A stretch of DNA of 64,000 nt, from contig JACZJN010000068.1 in the NCBI GenBank assembly GCA_014860565.1, forward strand, positions 23,152 through 87,151, given 5' to 3'. A program made the translations under genes and the position numbers. This document shows positions 29,701 through 40,908 of this stretch, in pieces. This stretch comes from Bacteroidota bacterium (lineage in GTDB: Bacteria > Bacteroidota > Ignavibacteria > SZUA-365). The notes below the pieces were generated by a model that saw nothing but the letters and a program-made list of their open reading frames with translations, had not been told where the DNA came from and searched no databases. Every line of letters begins with the position of its first letter. Position 1 is the first letter of the stretch.

Positions 29701-30878
29701 CAGAGTATTCCCCGGCTGTCCAACAGCATGGCCCGTATCATCTCTCGTTTGAAATGTTTTAGGTCGGGCTTGTATGTCGTAAATGAAAGTGCATGCGGGT
29801 TATAGAAATCGACACCACCTCCGAGAGTCGCAATCCAGTAACAACCGAGGCGATCCCGATACAACTCCCGCACCCGATTGTCTGAAAGTGAGTATGGGAT
29901 ATTTGCATCATGGACGATGCGTGTATATCGCTTCGTTTTCGGATCGAAACGCAGGATACCACCGCCTTCTTCCGAACCGCACCACATCAATCCGTCCGGT
30001 CCGTCAATAATCGTGCAGATCGGATTCAGCAAAGGATGACCCTCGCGAACGTTGTCCATCCTGCAACCGTCCAATCGCTTCGTCGCTGGGTCGTACCAAC
30101 TTATTCCTTCATAGGTGGCAAACCAGATGAGGCCATTCCGGGCTTCACTGACCCGGTAGATATGCCTGCTTATCAGTGAATCTTGAAGGTAGTCGTACGA
30201 GAAAACCGTGTTCGGTATGAAACGAAACTGTTTTCGGCCGGGATCGAATGTGCTGAGCCCGTTCCATGATGACACCCAGAATCGTCCCGATTTGTCCTCG
30301 AGCACCGATGTAATGGAGCGATGCGGCGCACCGCCTGCTGGCGGAGACGTATCCACTGGGGGCTGGAAGTGTTCGCATTTTCCTGTCCGAGGATCGAAAA
30401 GATTCAGTCCCCCCGTCCAGGTCCCCACCCAGATTCTTCCCTTGCTGTCTTCCGTAACACTTGTAATGCTGTCGCTGCTGATACTTTGAGAATCTCTTGG
30501 ATTGTGGTAAAAACGCCTGCTTCGGCCCGTTCGCTTATCAAAAAGATTCAATCCAGCATCCTTCGTCCCCACCCAGAAGCGTTGCTTAGAATCGATGAAC
30601 AGAACGTTGACATTGTCCCCGCTCAGGCTGAGAGAGTCCCGTGCATCATGCTGGAAAATGCGGAAGCGGTAACCGTCATAGCGATGCAATCCACGATCGG
30701 TGGCGAACCACATATACCCATCGCCGTCCATCAGGCTCTGATAGACGACATTACTTGCCATCCCTTCATCGGTGCTGAGATGGCGGAAGCGGATTTCGGA
30801 TTGGCACTGCGCGTTCTGCATGGGAAGACCCCCACAGAATACACTAAGGAATAGCACACCTAATCGACGAAGAACCAC
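26790..30878 (-). CDS. Hybrid two-component system sensor histidine kinase/response regulator (periplasmic beta-propeller Y_Y_Y sensor, HisKA, HATPase_c, REC, AraC-type HTH)
   Basis: GTG start followed by signal peptide VLRRLGVLFLSVFCGGLPMQNAQ. HisKA H-box ISHEFRTPL. ATPase G-boxes (EDTGPGI, GSGIGL). REC domain (LVLLVEDNSEIR...ISDVMMPRMDG...KPV). C-terminal AraC HTH (GNVAEIAYAVGFKTQAHFSRCFREEFGCSPSE). Confidence 0.85.
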   Translation of the reverse strand: MVLRRLGVLFLSVFCGGLPMQNAQCQSEIRFRHLSTDEGMASNVVYQSLMDGDGYMWFATDRGLHRYDGYRFRIFQHDARDSLSLSGDNVNVLFIDSKQRFWVGTKDAGLNLFDKRTGRSRRFYHNPRDSQSISSDSITSVTEDSKGRIWVGTWTGGLNLFDPRTGKCEHFQPPVDTSPPAGGAPHRSITSVLEDKSGRFWVSSWNGLSTFDPGRKQFRFIPNTVFSYDYLQDSLISRHIYRVSEARNGLIWFATYEGISWYDPATKRLDGCRMDNVREGHPLLNPICTIIDGPDGLMWCGSEEGGGILRFDPKTKRYTRIVHDANIPYSLSDNRVRELYRDRLGCYWIATLGGGVDFYNPHALSFTTYKPDLKHFKREMIRAMLLDSRGILWVAYHMGFGTFDLEAKFFTKHPHSDKIRSFRKHPLVVRLIEDHNNVLWIGSADANVAAVDLRTGLYHYDPVRMSDTWATDMEEDKEGRLWVFTNYYTSVRRLQPDGGAPKVYLDRGYTMERGSLYRDKRGTLWMRAWGGLFKFDETRDRFTYVIGDSINNRNSRDIIYQDCKFRHWIVNNKGIFRFDPAVGKLDLRVSNARMRNARAFGDVLEGPQGLLWITSDLGLLSYDPEHDEVHSYTHADGLPVRDLSEAKMIRVPDGHMMIGSNAGLTEFRPHRSGPSPSSRMVISAMFATGRRVAIDSLFSSGTHPILEPDENALTLQFALLDHRTPWNTWYEYHLDGYDEDWIEAGERTAANYSHLPPGKYTFRVRGVNGNEGVHAETSLVFSILPPWYRTWWAYLLFVLIPVLAVYGIWRQRLRQLQLHHDLEIHTLHESQLEQLDAMKSSFFSSISHEFRTPLTLIQAPVEQLLARNSDDYTRRKLRLVQRSAGRLLQLINQILDLSKIDAQKFRIRVAEGDIVAFLRGFVAVFQSAAERRQISLTIVTEDPKRIGLFDHEVLEKILGNLLTNALKYTPSGGAITVCVDNGSGRAPHLAEAIAITVEDTGPGIAAEHIEHIFDRFFRLAEHEQNRLGSGIGLALVQELTALHHGEVRVESRVGEGSRFVVVLPTNASVFNEEEFGTSEESRSSFVHPDHEVEESCESKRPAASDTTLPLVLLVEDNSEIRGLLAEHLQSQYRICEAGDGQEGLDTAVHEVPDIIISDVMMPRMDGNTMCQRLKQHQATSHIPIILLTARASGGSRLEGLEARADAYLVKPVDMRELMIRVRNLVELRERMKQKFTLKGGFLQLAKKERLSTEEVFLLKAVAAVETHLDDDNFSVDQLSAEMGLSRAQLHRKLTALTDHSTSSFIRSIRLQHGREMLEARAGNVAEIAYAVGFKTQAHFSRCFREEFGCSPSEVIGKSQPAG

Positions 30879-31062
30879 AGAGGATATCTCCGGATCGTGA
30901 TGTATTTCACATGAATTATTATGGGGAAATTACATCAAGCGAGCGTATTCCACAATACGCCTCTGATACTCCCTTTCCGGGAATCTCACGATTCAGCGGA
31001 CATGCTATAACGGTTTGATTGCAGACTTTGTCGAAGTGAGGAATGTTGATTGCACGGCGATG

Positions 31063-34000
31063 TCAACCAGCAGGAGATTTCTTCCCGATCACCTCTGATG
31101 GCGAACAGCCGAATTCTTCCTTGAAGCTGCGGCTGAAGTGGGATTGGCTCTTGAATCCCACGGAGTAGGCGATTTCGGCGACGTTCCCGGCACGGGCTTC
31201 GAGCATTTCCCGGCCGCGCTGCAGCCGGATGCTGCGGATGAAATTGCTTGCGGAACGGCCTGCGATGGCGTCGAGCTTGCGGTGGAGTTGGGTACGGCTC
31301 ATCCCGACAATGCTGCTCAGCTGCTCGACACAGAAACTTTCGTCTTCAAGGTGTTCCTCGATCGCCTTGACGACCTTCTGGAGAAATAGATCCTCGGCTG
31401 AAGTGACCTCCTTTTTTGCCAGGCGGAGAAAACCGCCCTCGCGATCGACTTTCTCGTGCATGGTTTTCCGCAATTCGATCAGGTTGCGAATGCGCAGCTG
31501 CAGTTCACGGATATCCACCGGTTTGACGAGGTACGCGTCGGCGCGGGCCTCGAGTCCTTCGAGCCGGCTGCCGCCAGATCCCCGGGCAGTGAGCAGGATC
31601 ACCGGGATGTGATTCGTCACGTCATGCTGTTTCAGCTTGAGACAGAGCGCGTTTCCATCCATCTTCGGCATCATCACGTCGGAAATGATGAGATCGGGAA
31701 TGCGTTCGAGCGCCTGTTCCCAGCCGTCCATGCCGTCGACGGCCTCCAGGATGTTGTAATGCGACCGGAGGTATTCAACGAGCACGTTGCGAATATCGGC
31801 ATTGTCTTCGACGACGAGCAGAATGGGCTTCGAGCGATCCACCTGTCTTTTCGCCGTGCCACTCTCCTCCTCGTTCTCGTCCTCGTCCAGATATTGAGTC
31901 GCCTGGATCGACGTGCCTGTCGAGGCGGAACCCCGTTCATCCTCACCGTACTGTGATGCATCCATGGGAAGCAGTATTTCAAAAGTGCTTCCCACGCCGA
32001 TCGTGCTTTCAACACGGATCTCCCCATGATGCAGCGCAACCAGTTCCTTGACCAGCGCCAGGCCGATGCCCGTCCCTGTCTGCGTCAGATCGTGTGCATC
32101 CTTCCCGCGGTAAAAGCGGTCGAAAACATGCGCCAGCTGATCGGCCGGAATGCCGCTCCCGCTGTCGCTGACCACAATGGCGATCGTCTCGGGTGACCGC
32201 TGTGCGTCCCTGCCGCCCATTCTCATGTCGATGCACACACTCCCCCCGGAAGGAGTATGCTTGAGGGCGTTGGACAGGAGGTTGCCGAGTACTTTCTCCA
32301 CCACCTCCCGGTCGAAATGCATTTCGCAGGGATCAGAATCCGCATTGAAGGCAAGCTGGATGTTTTTTCTCTCCGCCACGGACTCAAAGACCATGACCAC
32401 ACCGCGCACGAAGCCGACAAGTTCTCCCGGGGAGACGTGAAGGTGGAATTTCTGCGCGTCGATTTTGGAGAGGTCCATCAACTGGTTCACCAGATGAAGA
32501 AGACGGGAACTGCTCCGCTGTACCATGTGCAGTTTTTTCCGGAGAAACGGCTCGTGGGTCTGCTCGAGCATCTGATCGACCGGCGCCTGTATCAGTGCCA
32601 GCGGCGTACGGAATTCATGCGATATATTGGAGAAAAAGGTGCTCTTCATTGCATCGAGTTCCTCGAGCTGCGCGGTGCGGACGTTCCCGAGCTCGAGTTG
32701 ATGCGCTACACGCAGCCGATCTTCCCGCGTTCGCCATGCAACGAATCCCAGTGCAAGCGGAATCAGTACGTAGAGAAGATAGGCCCACCAGGTCCTGTAG
32801 AATGGGGGGAGAATGGTGAATCGCAGAGAGGTTTCCGCATGGGTACCTTCGTTTCCATTCCGCGCACGCAGCTGAAACGTATAGTCGCCGGGTGGCAGAT
32901 GCGAGTAATCCACGCTGCTGCGTTCTCCCGCCTCGATCCAGTTATCGTCATAATCCTCCAGGCGGTATTCGTAGAACGTGTTCCAGGGCGTCCGATAATC
33001 CAGCATCGCGTACTGCAGGGAGATCGTGTTTTCGTCGTATGCCAGTACCGGAATTTCATTCCTGGAGAGCGATGAATCGAGGGCAACTTTTCGTCCCGCG
33101 GCAGAGAAACTGCTGATCACTGCCGGAACCGGAGGGGATTTTCCTCGTTTTTTAGGGAAATATTCTATCAGGCCGGAGTTGGAAGCGATCATCATCCGTC
33201 CCTGCGGAAGACTGATCATCTTCGCCGTGGAGAGATCGCGGACAGGCAGTCCTTCAGTGGGGGTGTAGCTTCTTACTTCTCTATTTTCCGGATCATAGCT
33301 GAATAACCCGATATCCGAGGTCATCCACAGCAGGCCGGTCGGACCCTCTACCAGGTCGCCAAAGGCATTGGCTCTTTTCAGCCGGGCGGCCGGTACCTCC
33401 AGATCGGTCTGTTTCTTGTCGAGAAAGACGCGAAACAATCCGTCAGAGTTAAGCTGCCAGATACGCTTTTTACTATCCTTGAGAACGACCGATCGCAGGA
33501 GGTTGCGTGTGGTATCACCGAAACGATAGGAGAAGCCGTTCCTGGACTCAAGTTCTTCAAAAAATCCACCCCAGCCGTGCATCCAGAGTCGTCCCGCAGT
33601 GTCGTGAAAGAACTTCCCATGTTCATCGGATCCCCCCCGCTCGATATAAGCACTGAAACTGCTGTTATTCTCTTCAAAGCGAATAAGCCTCACATTCAAG
33701 ACCGTCAGCATCCAGATCCGATGTCCGGGATCCTCCGCTATATCACTCGCCCAGGCATGGGTCGTCTTCAGATCGAAACTTTCGCGTTGTCCTGTGTACA
33801 GATCCATAAACCCCGGTTGACGATCTTCCGAACCGAGCCATAGGCGGTGCCTGCTGTCTTCGAAGATTGTCGAAATCAGCGCTGGCCCTCTCCACGTAGA
33901 CAACCGATCACTATAGGGATGCCAGGAGTACTGCTTGGTTGCAAGATCGAAACTACCGAAACCCATATGATAGGAGACCCAGAACGTCCCGCGGCTGTCG

Positions 34001-35160
34001 AGCGCCATTGCGCGTATTGTTTTTTCCTTGTTGACACCGATGCTTGGACTATACAGCTTGAAGGACATCGCCTCTGGATTGTAATAATCCACCCCACCAC
34101 CGAGCGTGGCAAACCAGTATCCGCCGAGATGATCGCGGTAAATCTCTTTTACCCGGTTATCCGCAAGAGAAAAGGGGTTGCTGCCTTCGTGCACGAACCG
34201 TGTAAAGGTTCGTGTGTTCTTATCAAAACGGAGGAAGCCTCCGCCCTCCTGCGAGCCACACCAAATCGAACCATCTTCCGCTTCCAGAATGGTGCGGATG
34301 GAATTGACCGTGGGGAGACCTATAAACGAGTAGTCAACGGCGAAACTCTCGAAATCACCACGCTTTCGATTGTATGTTGTGATCCCTTCATAGGTCGCGA
34401 TCCAGATCAGGCCATCATTCGATTCATAGATGTCGTAGATATATTTTGAAATGATCGAGTCACGTGAGTCTTTCGGGGCCCTTACCCCTGTGCGAGCTAA
34501 CTGAAGATCAAAGCCCCCTGTTTCCGGATCGAAGAGACTCAGTCCGTTCCAGGTCCCGATCCAGAACTTTCCCTGGCTGTCTTCAAGGATTTTTGTGACT
34601 GACCTTTGGATCTGTTCGTACTTCTCCGTTTCCTGCAAAGGTGTATCATATCGCTGACAGGCCCCGGTACGGGGATCCAGCAGATTCAATCCTCCCGTCC
34701 AGGTTCCCACCCAGATTCTGCCTTTCGAATCTTCATATATCGTTTTTATGCTGTCACTGCTGAGGGATCGCCGCTTCGCTGTATCCCGTCGGAAATGACG
34801 AAAACTTCCCGTTCGGACGTCGAACAGATCCAGTCCTGCTGCCTTCGTCCCCACCCAGAAACGGTTCTTCGAATCGATCAGAAGGGCGGTGATATCATCG
34901 CTGCCGATGCTGCGCGGATCGTTTGCTTTGTGGCGATAAATCTGGAAACGGTAACCGTCGTAGCGATGGAGTCCCCGCTCCGTGGCGAACCACATATAGC
35001 CGCGGTGATCCATCAGGGACTGATTGACGACATTGCTCGCCATCCCGTCGTCCGTCGATAGATGGCGGAAACGCATCGCGGGTTGCGCAAGAGCAATCTG
35101 TGGGAAAAGCATCGCACAAATCAGAGGAAGAAAAATGATCCCTAATCGACGGAAAGGCAC
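31063..35160 (-). CDS. Hybrid two-component system sensor histidine kinase/response regulator, tandem paralog of the upstream gene
   Basis: Same domain order as 26790..30878, with clearly related sequence (FRHLSTDDGMASNVVNQSLMDHRGYMWFATERGLHRYDGYRF versus FRHLSTDEGMASNVVYQSLMDGDGYMWFATDRGLHRYDGYRF; ISHEFRTPLALIQAP). The start is taken at the GTG at 35160, giving a signal peptide M-PFRRLGIIFLPLICAMLFPQIALAQP analogous to the paralog. The ORF track extends to 35316. Confidence 0.8.
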   Translation of the reverse strand: MPFRRLGIIFLPLICAMLFPQIALAQPAMRFRHLSTDDGMASNVVNQSLMDHRGYMWFATERGLHRYDGYRFQIYRHKANDPRSIGSDDITALLIDSKNRFWVGTKAAGLDLFDVRTGSFRHFRRDTAKRRSLSSDSIKTIYEDSKGRIWVGTWTGGLNLLDPRTGACQRYDTPLQETEKYEQIQRSVTKILEDSQGKFWIGTWNGLSLFDPETGGFDLQLARTGVRAPKDSRDSIISKYIYDIYESNDGLIWIATYEGITTYNRKRGDFESFAVDYSFIGLPTVNSIRTILEAEDGSIWCGSQEGGGFLRFDKNTRTFTRFVHEGSNPFSLADNRVKEIYRDHLGGYWFATLGGGVDYYNPEAMSFKLYSPSIGVNKEKTIRAMALDSRGTFWVSYHMGFGSFDLATKQYSWHPYSDRLSTWRGPALISTIFEDSRHRLWLGSEDRQPGFMDLYTGQRESFDLKTTHAWASDIAEDPGHRIWMLTVLNVRLIRFEENNSSFSAYIERGGSDEHGKFFHDTAGRLWMHGWGGFFEELESRNGFSYRFGDTTRNLLRSVVLKDSKKRIWQLNSDGLFRVFLDKKQTDLEVPAARLKRANAFGDLVEGPTGLLWMTSDIGLFSYDPENREVRSYTPTEGLPVRDLSTAKMISLPQGRMMIASNSGLIEYFPKKRGKSPPVPAVISSFSAAGRKVALDSSLSRNEIPVLAYDENTISLQYAMLDYRTPWNTFYEYRLEDYDDNWIEAGERSSVDYSHLPPGDYTFQLRARNGNEGTHAETSLRFTILPPFYRTWWAYLLYVLIPLALGFVAWRTREDRLRVAHQLELGNVRTAQLEELDAMKSTFFSNISHEFRTPLALIQAPVDQMLEQTHEPFLRKKLHMVQRSSSRLLHLVNQLMDLSKIDAQKFHLHVSPGELVGFVRGVVMVFESVAERKNIQLAFNADSDPCEMHFDREVVEKVLGNLLSNALKHTPSGGSVCIDMRMGGRDAQRSPETIAIVVSDSGSGIPADQLAHVFDRFYRGKDAHDLTQTGTGIGLALVKELVALHHGEIRVESTIGVGSTFEILLPMDASQYGEDERGSASTGTSIQATQYLDEDENEEESGTAKRQVDRSKPILLVVEDNADIRNVLVEYLRSHYNILEAVDGMDGWEQALERIPDLIISDVMMPKMDGNALCLKLKQHDVTNHIPVILLTARGSGGSRLEGLEARADAYLVKPVDIRELQLRIRNLIELRKTMHEKVDREGGFLRLAKKEVTSAEDLFLQKVVKAIEEHLEDESFCVEQLSSIVGMSRTQLHRKLDAIAGRSASNFIRSIRLQRGREMLEARAGNVAEIAYSVGFKSQSHFSRSFKEEFGCSPSEVIGKKSPAG

Positions 35161-35361
35161 GGAGGGTGACCCCGGTTCGTGACATGATTCACTAGATAAC
35201 CCAAGCGATATTACAACAAACGAGTGTGCAATGCAATACTCCGTAATTGCTACCTGACTTTCACTCGAGGGCGCCCCGTAATAATGATTCCCATTTGTCA
35301 ATGCTCTCCCCAACACTTCGGATAGCGTGCACGCTCATTATTCTACCTTCATGCGCGATTT

Positions 35362-35676
35362 TCAGACAAATGGCGGGATGCCCTCGATACGGTCCGAGTG
35401 CGTGGCATCAGTACTGCCTTCCACGGTAATGTCAGAATCGGATGTGGCGTGGGACTCTCCGCTTTCTGCGATGGATTCCTGGGAAGATTTCCCCATCTCC
35501 CCATTCGAATCCAGATACGCCTGCATGTATTCGGCTTCCCGCTGCTCGTATAGACGCTGCCGACGCCAGGAGGGGAACCATAGGGCGAAGAAGATCAGAC
35601 CGAATAACAAGGCGATCCCGAATATGATGATCGGAAGATCCACGGTTTCGCCGGTGCCCGCGAGAATGACGTCCAT
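35362..35676 (-). CDS. Small hypothetical membrane protein with acidic Ser/Thr-rich tail
   Basis: ATG preceded by GGAGGTGG. N-terminal TM helix LPIIIFGIALLFGLIFFALWF. No recognisable domain. Confidence 0.4.
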   Translation of the reverse strand: MDVILAGTGETVDLPIIIFGIALLFGLIFFALWFPSWRRQRLYEQREAEYMQAYLDSNGEMGKSSQESIAESGESHATSDSDITVEGSTDATHSDRIEGIPPFV

Positions 35677-35815
35677 ACCACCTCCGCTGAATTGACGTGA
35701 TGCGGCATTCTATTAAATTCGGACTGCATTGTCAATGAAAAAGGAGGCGCAAGGCCTCCTTTTTCTGGAACAAAGTCTGCGTCGGCTGCGAACAGGTTGC
35801 AGCCTTGTCTCTTGG

Positions 35816-38800
35816 CTACCGCAATTCGGGCAGACGGCCGGGGGTCCACGGCGCGTTCTGCTGCTCGAGGACGTTCTGTATCGTCGGGAGCTCGGCTTCG
35901 CCCATGCTGCGCAGCGCGTCGAGTATCGGACGCAGGAGTGTGACAACATGCTCGATTTCCTGTCGATGCTGCGGTGTGGGACCGGAGGTGGAACTCCACA
36001 TCCCGTAGGCCACTTCCTGAAGCCGTTCGATCACGGATGGGGGCTGGACGCCGTTGCGCTCGCTGATGGTCTTGTCGCCGTTGAGCTGGCGGTCGACTTC
36101 ACGCAACCGATCACGCATCGAGGTCCACTGTGTACGCAGGGCCGGATCCAGTTTTGGTGTGACAAGCATGGTTTTCTCCAGTACCAGCAACCGCTCCTGC
36201 AGTTCCGCCGCATACCTCTGCGCACCAATTCCCACGCGTTGCACTTCCATCACCCGCTTGTGAAACGCCGCGAGCGCCCCGGGATCCTGCGCCGGCAAGG
36301 TGGTGTTACCCAGGACCCGCGTCGTGAACGATACCGGACCGGCGAGCGGGGTCTCCACCCCGTTCTCCACCATCGCCATGGCGACAGTGTATTGCCCGGG
36401 CATGGCCAGCAGGGCGCGGTGCTCGTTGGTCTTGCTGTCCTTCCCCACGGGAGTGGTGCTGGTATAGCGCAGATCCCAGGTCGTGCGCTGCACACCGGAT
36501 TTCACTGGCTCTGTCAGCTGCCGCACAACGTTCCCCTGCATGTCGCGCACGGTGAACAGCAGATACGGCGCCACCTCGTCGTCTTCCGCACGCAATGCGT
36601 CCCATCCGGGATACGGCGGCGTCTTTTTCTCTTTGCGCAGCTTCTTCTCCTCTTCCTGGCGCTGCTGCTTGCGGGACTTGTACCCCTCCTTCACGAAGTA
36701 GGTGAACATCGCGCCGAAGTCAGGATTCGGTGCGCTGAAGAAGGTCTCGCCCTGGCTGCCGATGGCGCGCTGCCGCGCTTCCACGTACATGAATGCGTCG
36801 CGGACGGGGAATAGCACGGCCTCCGTTTCGATCGTCGAAGCATCGATAGCGCGAAGAGGCGTATAGTCGTCGAGCACGTAGAAGCCGCGACCGAACGTGG
36901 CCAGCACGAGATCGTTTTCACGCTTCTGTATCGTGAGATCCTTCACGGCGATGGTCGGCAGACCGGATTTCAGCTGAATCCATTTCTTCCCGCCGTCGAC
37001 ACTGGTCTGCACGCCGAATTCCGTTCCGACGAAAAGCAGTGTGGGTTTGACATGATCCTCCACCAGGGCGTATATCGGTGCGTTGTCGGGGAGATTCGAG
37101 GTGATGGATGTCCATGTGCGGCCGCGGTCCGCGCTTTTCATCACATAGGGTTTGAAATCCGCCATCTTGTGATTGTCGAAACATGCGTACACCGTATTCG
37201 CATCATGCTCCGAGGCGCGCAGGCAGCTGACATAAGTCATTTCCGGCACGCCGGGGATGCGGTCGATTTTGCGCCAGTTCTTGCCGGCGTCTTCGCTTAC
37301 CTGGATCAGGCCGTCGTCGGTGCCGACGTAGAGCAGACCTTCGACCTTGGGAGATTCGTCGAAGGATACGATGTTGCCGTACAGCGACGTGCTGGCGTTC
37401 TTCGCCACCGCCTCCGGCGACCACACCTGTCCCATGACGGGCAGGGTGTTGCGGTCGATCTGCCGCGTGAGATCGCCGGAAACTTTTACCCAGCTTTCGC
37501 CGCGGTCGTCGCTTCGGAAAAGGATGTTCGCTGCGAAATAGAGTCGGCTGTTGTTGTGCGGGCTGATCAGCAGCGGTGAATCCCAGTTCCATCGATACCC
37601 TTCCTCGCCCGGCGCGGGCTGCGGCTGAATGCTCAGCCGTTCGCCGCTCGCCTTGTCGAAGCGCACGAGTCCGCCGTACTGCGACTGCGCGTAGACGATG
37701 TTCGGATTCGCGGGATCGATCTGCGATTCGAATCCATCGCCGCCGTTGGTGAAGAACCAGTCCTCATTGAAAATGCCGTCGGCCTTGGTAGTACGCGACG
37801 GACCCCCGAGACTGTTGTTGTCCTGCGTGCCGCCGTAGACGTTGTAAAACGGCTCGGCGTTGTCGACCGCCACACGGTAGAACTGCGTCACGGAAAGATT
37901 CTCCTTGTAGCGCCACTGCTCTCCGCCGTCATACGTCTCGTACACGCCGCCGTCTCCGCCGATCAGCAGGTGCTGCGTGTTTGCGGGATCGATCCACAGC
38001 GCGTGATCGTCGACATGTCGGCGCCGATTGCCGAGACGGCGATCCGTCTTGAATCCGTCGGTGCTGACACGGGTATAGGTGTCGAGCGCATAGACTTTTT
38101 CCGGGTCCAGCGGATCGCACACGAGTTCGTTGTAGTATTGCGGACTCACCGTCATGTACTTGCCCCGGCGTTCCCAGCTCGCCCCGCGATCGGTGGAACG
38201 GAAGACCCCGCCCTTGTCCTCCGCGGCCTCGACGATGGCATAAATGTAATCCGGATTCGCGGGGGAAATCGCCAGACCGATGCGGCCGACGTCGCCCGAG
38301 GGGAGTCCGCTCGACAGCGTGTCCCAGCTCGCTCCGGCATCGGTGCTTTTGAAAATGCGGCTTTCAGGTCCCCCGTTGATCAGCGTCCACACATGACGCC
38401 GACGCTGATACGACGCGGCGTAGAGAACCTTCGTGTCGCGCGGATCCATGACCACATCCGTCACGCCGGTGTTTTCACTGATCGTGAGCACGGGAGTCCA
38501 CGACTTCCCGGCGTCGGTGGTTTTGTAAAGACCGCGGTCGCCGCCGGGTCCCCAGAGCGGACCCTGTGCCGCCACGTACACGATGCGGGAGTCCGTCGGA
38601 TCCACCACGATCTTTCCAATGTGCTCGGACTTCTTCAGACCCATGTTCTTCCAGCTCTTCCCTCCGTCGGCACTGCGGTACACCCCGTCTCCCCAGGAGA
38701 CCGAGCGCTGCGAATTATTCTCGCCGCTCCCCACCCACACGATATGCGGATTGTTCGGATCCATGGTCACGCAGCCGATGGAGTACGATCCCTCTTTCTC

Positions 38801-39091
38801 GAACACGGGTGAAAAGCTGATGCCGTCGTTGGTGGTCTTCCACACACCGCCCGAGGCTACGGCGACGTAATACTCCGCCGTGTTGCGCGGGTTGACGGCG
38901 AAATCGATGATGCGTCCCGACGGCAGCGCCGTGCCGATATGCCGGAATTTCAGACCGGAGAGTGTCGAGGAATTGAGTTCCTTTTTCTTCCCCGCCTCCG
39001 GCGTTGCTTCGTCTTCATCCTGCGCGCGGAGGGGAAGAACAATCAGAGCCAGAAGAAAGAATGCGATGGCGAGTCGTAGCATGTACTTCAT
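35816..39091 (-). CDS. Secreted BNR/Asp-box repeat protein of the sortilin/VPS10-like (GH74-like beta-propeller) type
   Basis: Signal peptide [24 protein letters not shown]. Multiple S-x-D-x-G-x-(S/T)-W Asp-box repeats ([68 protein letters not shown]) spaced as in two tandem propellers. Confidence 0.7.
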   Translation of the reverse strand: MKYMLRLAIAFFLLALIVLPLRAQDEDEATPEAGKKKELNSSTLSGLKFRHIGTALPSGRIIDFAVNPRNTAEYYVAVASGGVWKTTNDGISFSPVFEKEGSYSIGCVTMDPNNPHIVWVGSGENNSQRSVSWGDGVYRSADGGKSWKNMGLKKSEHIGKIVVDPTDSRIVYVAAQGPLWGPGGDRGLYKTTDAGKSWTPVLTISENTGVTDVVMDPRDTKVLYAASYQRRRHVWTLINGGPESRIFKSTDAGASWDTLSSGLPSGDVGRIGLAISPANPDYIYAIVEAAEDKGGVFRSTDRGASWERRGKYMTVSPQYYNELVCDPLDPEKVYALDTYTRVSTDGFKTDRRLGNRRRHVDDHALWIDPANTQHLLIGGDGGVYETYDGGEQWRYKENLSVTQFYRVAVDNAEPFYNVYGGTQDNNSLGGPSRTTKADGIFNEDWFFTNGGDGFESQIDPANPNIVYAQSQYGGLVRFDKASGERLSIQPQPAPGEEGYRWNWDSPLLISPHNNSRLYFAANILFRSDDRGESWVKVSGDLTRQIDRNTLPVMGQVWSPEAVAKNASTSLYGNIVSFDESPKVEGLLYVGTDDGLIQVSEDAGKNWRKIDRIPGVPEMTYVSCLRASEHDANTVYACFDNHKMADFKPYVMKSADRGRTWTSITSNLPDNAPIYALVEDHVKPTLLFVGTEFGVQTSVDGGKKWIQLKSGLPTIAVKDLTIQKRENDLVLATFGRGFYVLDDYTPLRAIDASTIETEAVLFPVRDAFMYVEARQRAIGSQGETFFSAPNPDFGAMFTYFVKEGYKSRKQQRQEEEKKLRKEKKTPPYPGWDALRAEDDEVAPYLLFTVRDMQGNVVRQLTEPVKSGVQRTTWDLRYTSTTPVGKDSKTNEHRALLAMPGQYTVAMAMVENGVETPLAGPVSFTTRVLGNTTLPAQDPGALAAFHKRVMEVQRVGIGAQRYAAELQERLLVLEKTMLVTPKLDPALRTQWTSMRDRLREVDRQLNGDKTISERNGVQPPSVIERLQEVAYGMWSSTSGPTPQHRQEIEHVVTLLRPILDALRSMGEAELPTIQNVLEQQNAPWTPGRLPELR

Positions 39092-39255
39092 GGGAATCCC
39101 GGGATTGGTGAGCGGATGAACAGCCCGCGGGCAGTGCCTGCCGATTGACGACGCTGCGGAAGAACAATCTCTGCCAATGGTCAGCGTCTGCCGGTGAGCG
39201 GTTCCCTGAAGATACGATATTCGGATAATATTCCCTGAGAAGCGAACGTCGTTGT

Positions 39256-40833
39256 TCAGAAATTCAGCGGATACAGGATGGTGAGTCCCAGACCGCCATA
39301 TAATGACGGACCGGTCTGCGAGCGATCCGGGTTTTCATACTCCGTATACCACCAGTCCTCGGTCTCCACGAGCACCCCGGGCTCCACTTCCATGCGGAAT
39401 TCGCAAAGCACATCACAGCCCGCAAGCCGGAAGCCATATCCGAAACTGACGAACGCGGATTGCAGCCAGCTGTCCTTGAGCAGCTGCGTTTTCTGGCGTC
39501 TCCCCCATCCCATACCTGATTCGGTGAAATGTCCCATTTCATCCCAGTTCGTCACCCAATCGAAACCGGCATACATGCTGCCGAACTGCCCGGCATGCAG
39601 CAGGAGACGCAGCCCGGCGGCACTGTGCAGTGGTCCCAGGCTCAGATGGGGGAAAAGGGATAACACCGGGTTCGCTCCTGAATCCCGGATGATAGGAAAT
39701 TCTCTGCCGAGCGCAAGCGCCGGCATTCCTGCGAAAGGACGCGAATCGACCCTGTACCAGTTGAAAAGGAACTCTATGCCGATCCCGATATCCGCCACCT
39801 CCGAAGTCCGCGCATCCGCAGTCGACGACTGCATGCTGGGCTGTGTCGATTCACCGCTCCGCTCAGAGAGTTCCGGCACTGCCGGGATTGGGGTACGCGC
39901 AAAAAGGTCGAGAACCTCGGGAGGGGGATACTCGGACATGAGCTTATCGCGCAGTTCGAAAATCATCTCCTCGCGATTTCTTTCGGTCAGTCCGACAGAC
40001 GCGCGTTCCTCGCCAAGGATCGAAGCGGTCAGCAACGCGGGAAGGATGCTCACGATCCCCGAGGTCACAAGCGCTGTCGGGAGAATGAATGTCATGGAGC
40101 CGCTGCCCCCGCGTCCCGACCATGGATCGCGCTGCCCCATGCTGATGCCGCTTGTCAGCGCCGCGGTGGAGAGCAGCCATCCCAGCCAGCCGCGTTCAGA
40201 AGAATTGATGTAATACGTACCGAGCAGGGAATCGATGTCGGCGTATTGAACAACGGTCAGTTTGGAGTCCAACCGCCTGTGGTCATACCCGCCATCCCCG
40301 GTCCACAAGGCGATCCGCCGGTCCGTTACCGCGAGGGGAATGCCTTCCACACGGTCTCCATCGTGAAGCACGAATCCCGTTTTCATTCCTTTGGCCTCAT
40401 GCGGTGTGGGGAGTACAAACACGCGCTTCTGCATGAACGATGCGAAGCAGCGCTGCAGCGCGGGATCCTGCAGCTCCTGCCCAAGCACTTCCATTGCCTG
40501 TCCGCTTTCTCCCATGCGTTCGTATGCGTCGAGACAGCGGGCGAACACGTCCGCCTCGCATGCGCTGAGAGAAAATAATTCGATACCCTCATCGGACTGT
40601 ACAGCGATCGTCATCCCTGTATCCGATCGTGTCACGGTTGCGCTGCGCGGATCGTCGCATGTGGGGAAAAGTCCGAAGTATGCGATCTCCGCCGCTTCGA
40701 TGTCATCGCCGATGCGGGGAAGCGGCGGCAGGGACACCTGGGCGCGAAGCCGGGGAGCGAGGAATTGCAACGTGAGGATCAGCAGCATGATCAGCACGAT
40801 GAATCGCGAATGCAACGGTGTTCCGATTTTCAT
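39256..40833 (-). CDS. Hypothetical secreted protein with C-terminal outer-membrane beta-barrel-like region
   Basis: The start is taken at the ATG at 40833 ([32 protein letters not shown] signal peptide). The ORF track extends to 41301, which would overlap the divergent methyltransferase gene. The C-terminus has alternating hydrophobic residues and ends in Phe (...[11 protein letters not shown]), typical of OM beta-barrels. Confidence 0.55.
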   Translation of the reverse strand: MKIGTPLHSRFIVLIMLLILTLQFLAPRLRAQVSLPPLPRIGDDIEAAEIAYFGLFPTCDDPRSATVTRSDTGMTIAVQSDEGIELFSLSACEADVFARCLDAYERMGESGQAMEVLGQELQDPALQRCFASFMQKRVFVLPTPHEAKGMKTGFVLHDGDRVEGIPLAVTDRRIALWTGDGGYDHRRLDSKLTVVQYADIDSLLGTYYINSSERGWLGWLLSTAALTSGISMGQRDPWSGRGGSGSMTFILPTALVTSGIVSILPALLTASILGEERASVGLTERNREEMIFELRDKLMSEYPPPEVLDLFARTPIPAVPELSERSGESTQPSMQSSTADARTSEVADIGIGIEFLFNWYRVDSRPFAGMPALALGREFPIIRDSGANPVLSLFPHLSLGPLHSAAGLRLLLHAGQFGSMYAGFDWVTNWDEMGHFTESGMGWGRRQKTQLLKDSWLQSAFVSFGYGFRLAGCDVLCEFRMEVEPGVLVETEDWWYTEYENPDRSQTGPSLYGGLGLTILYPLNF

Positions 40834-40908
40834 GACGCGTTCGGAAATGGTCGCGTGAAATGTGGCGATTGTAACAGCCAGTTGCCGGAATTTCCGTATT
40901 TTCGAGGC

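Noticed and set aside
35161-35316. N-terminal 52-aa extension of the second hybrid regulator to the GTG at 35316
   Set aside because: The extension has no signal peptide. The internal GTG at 35160 yields a signal peptide closely paralleling that of the paralogous regulator at 30878.
35729-36814. 361-aa plus-strand ORF, and similar ones at 37052..37579 and 37970..38812
   Set aside because: Antisense to the BNR/Asp-box repeat gene, with no motifs.
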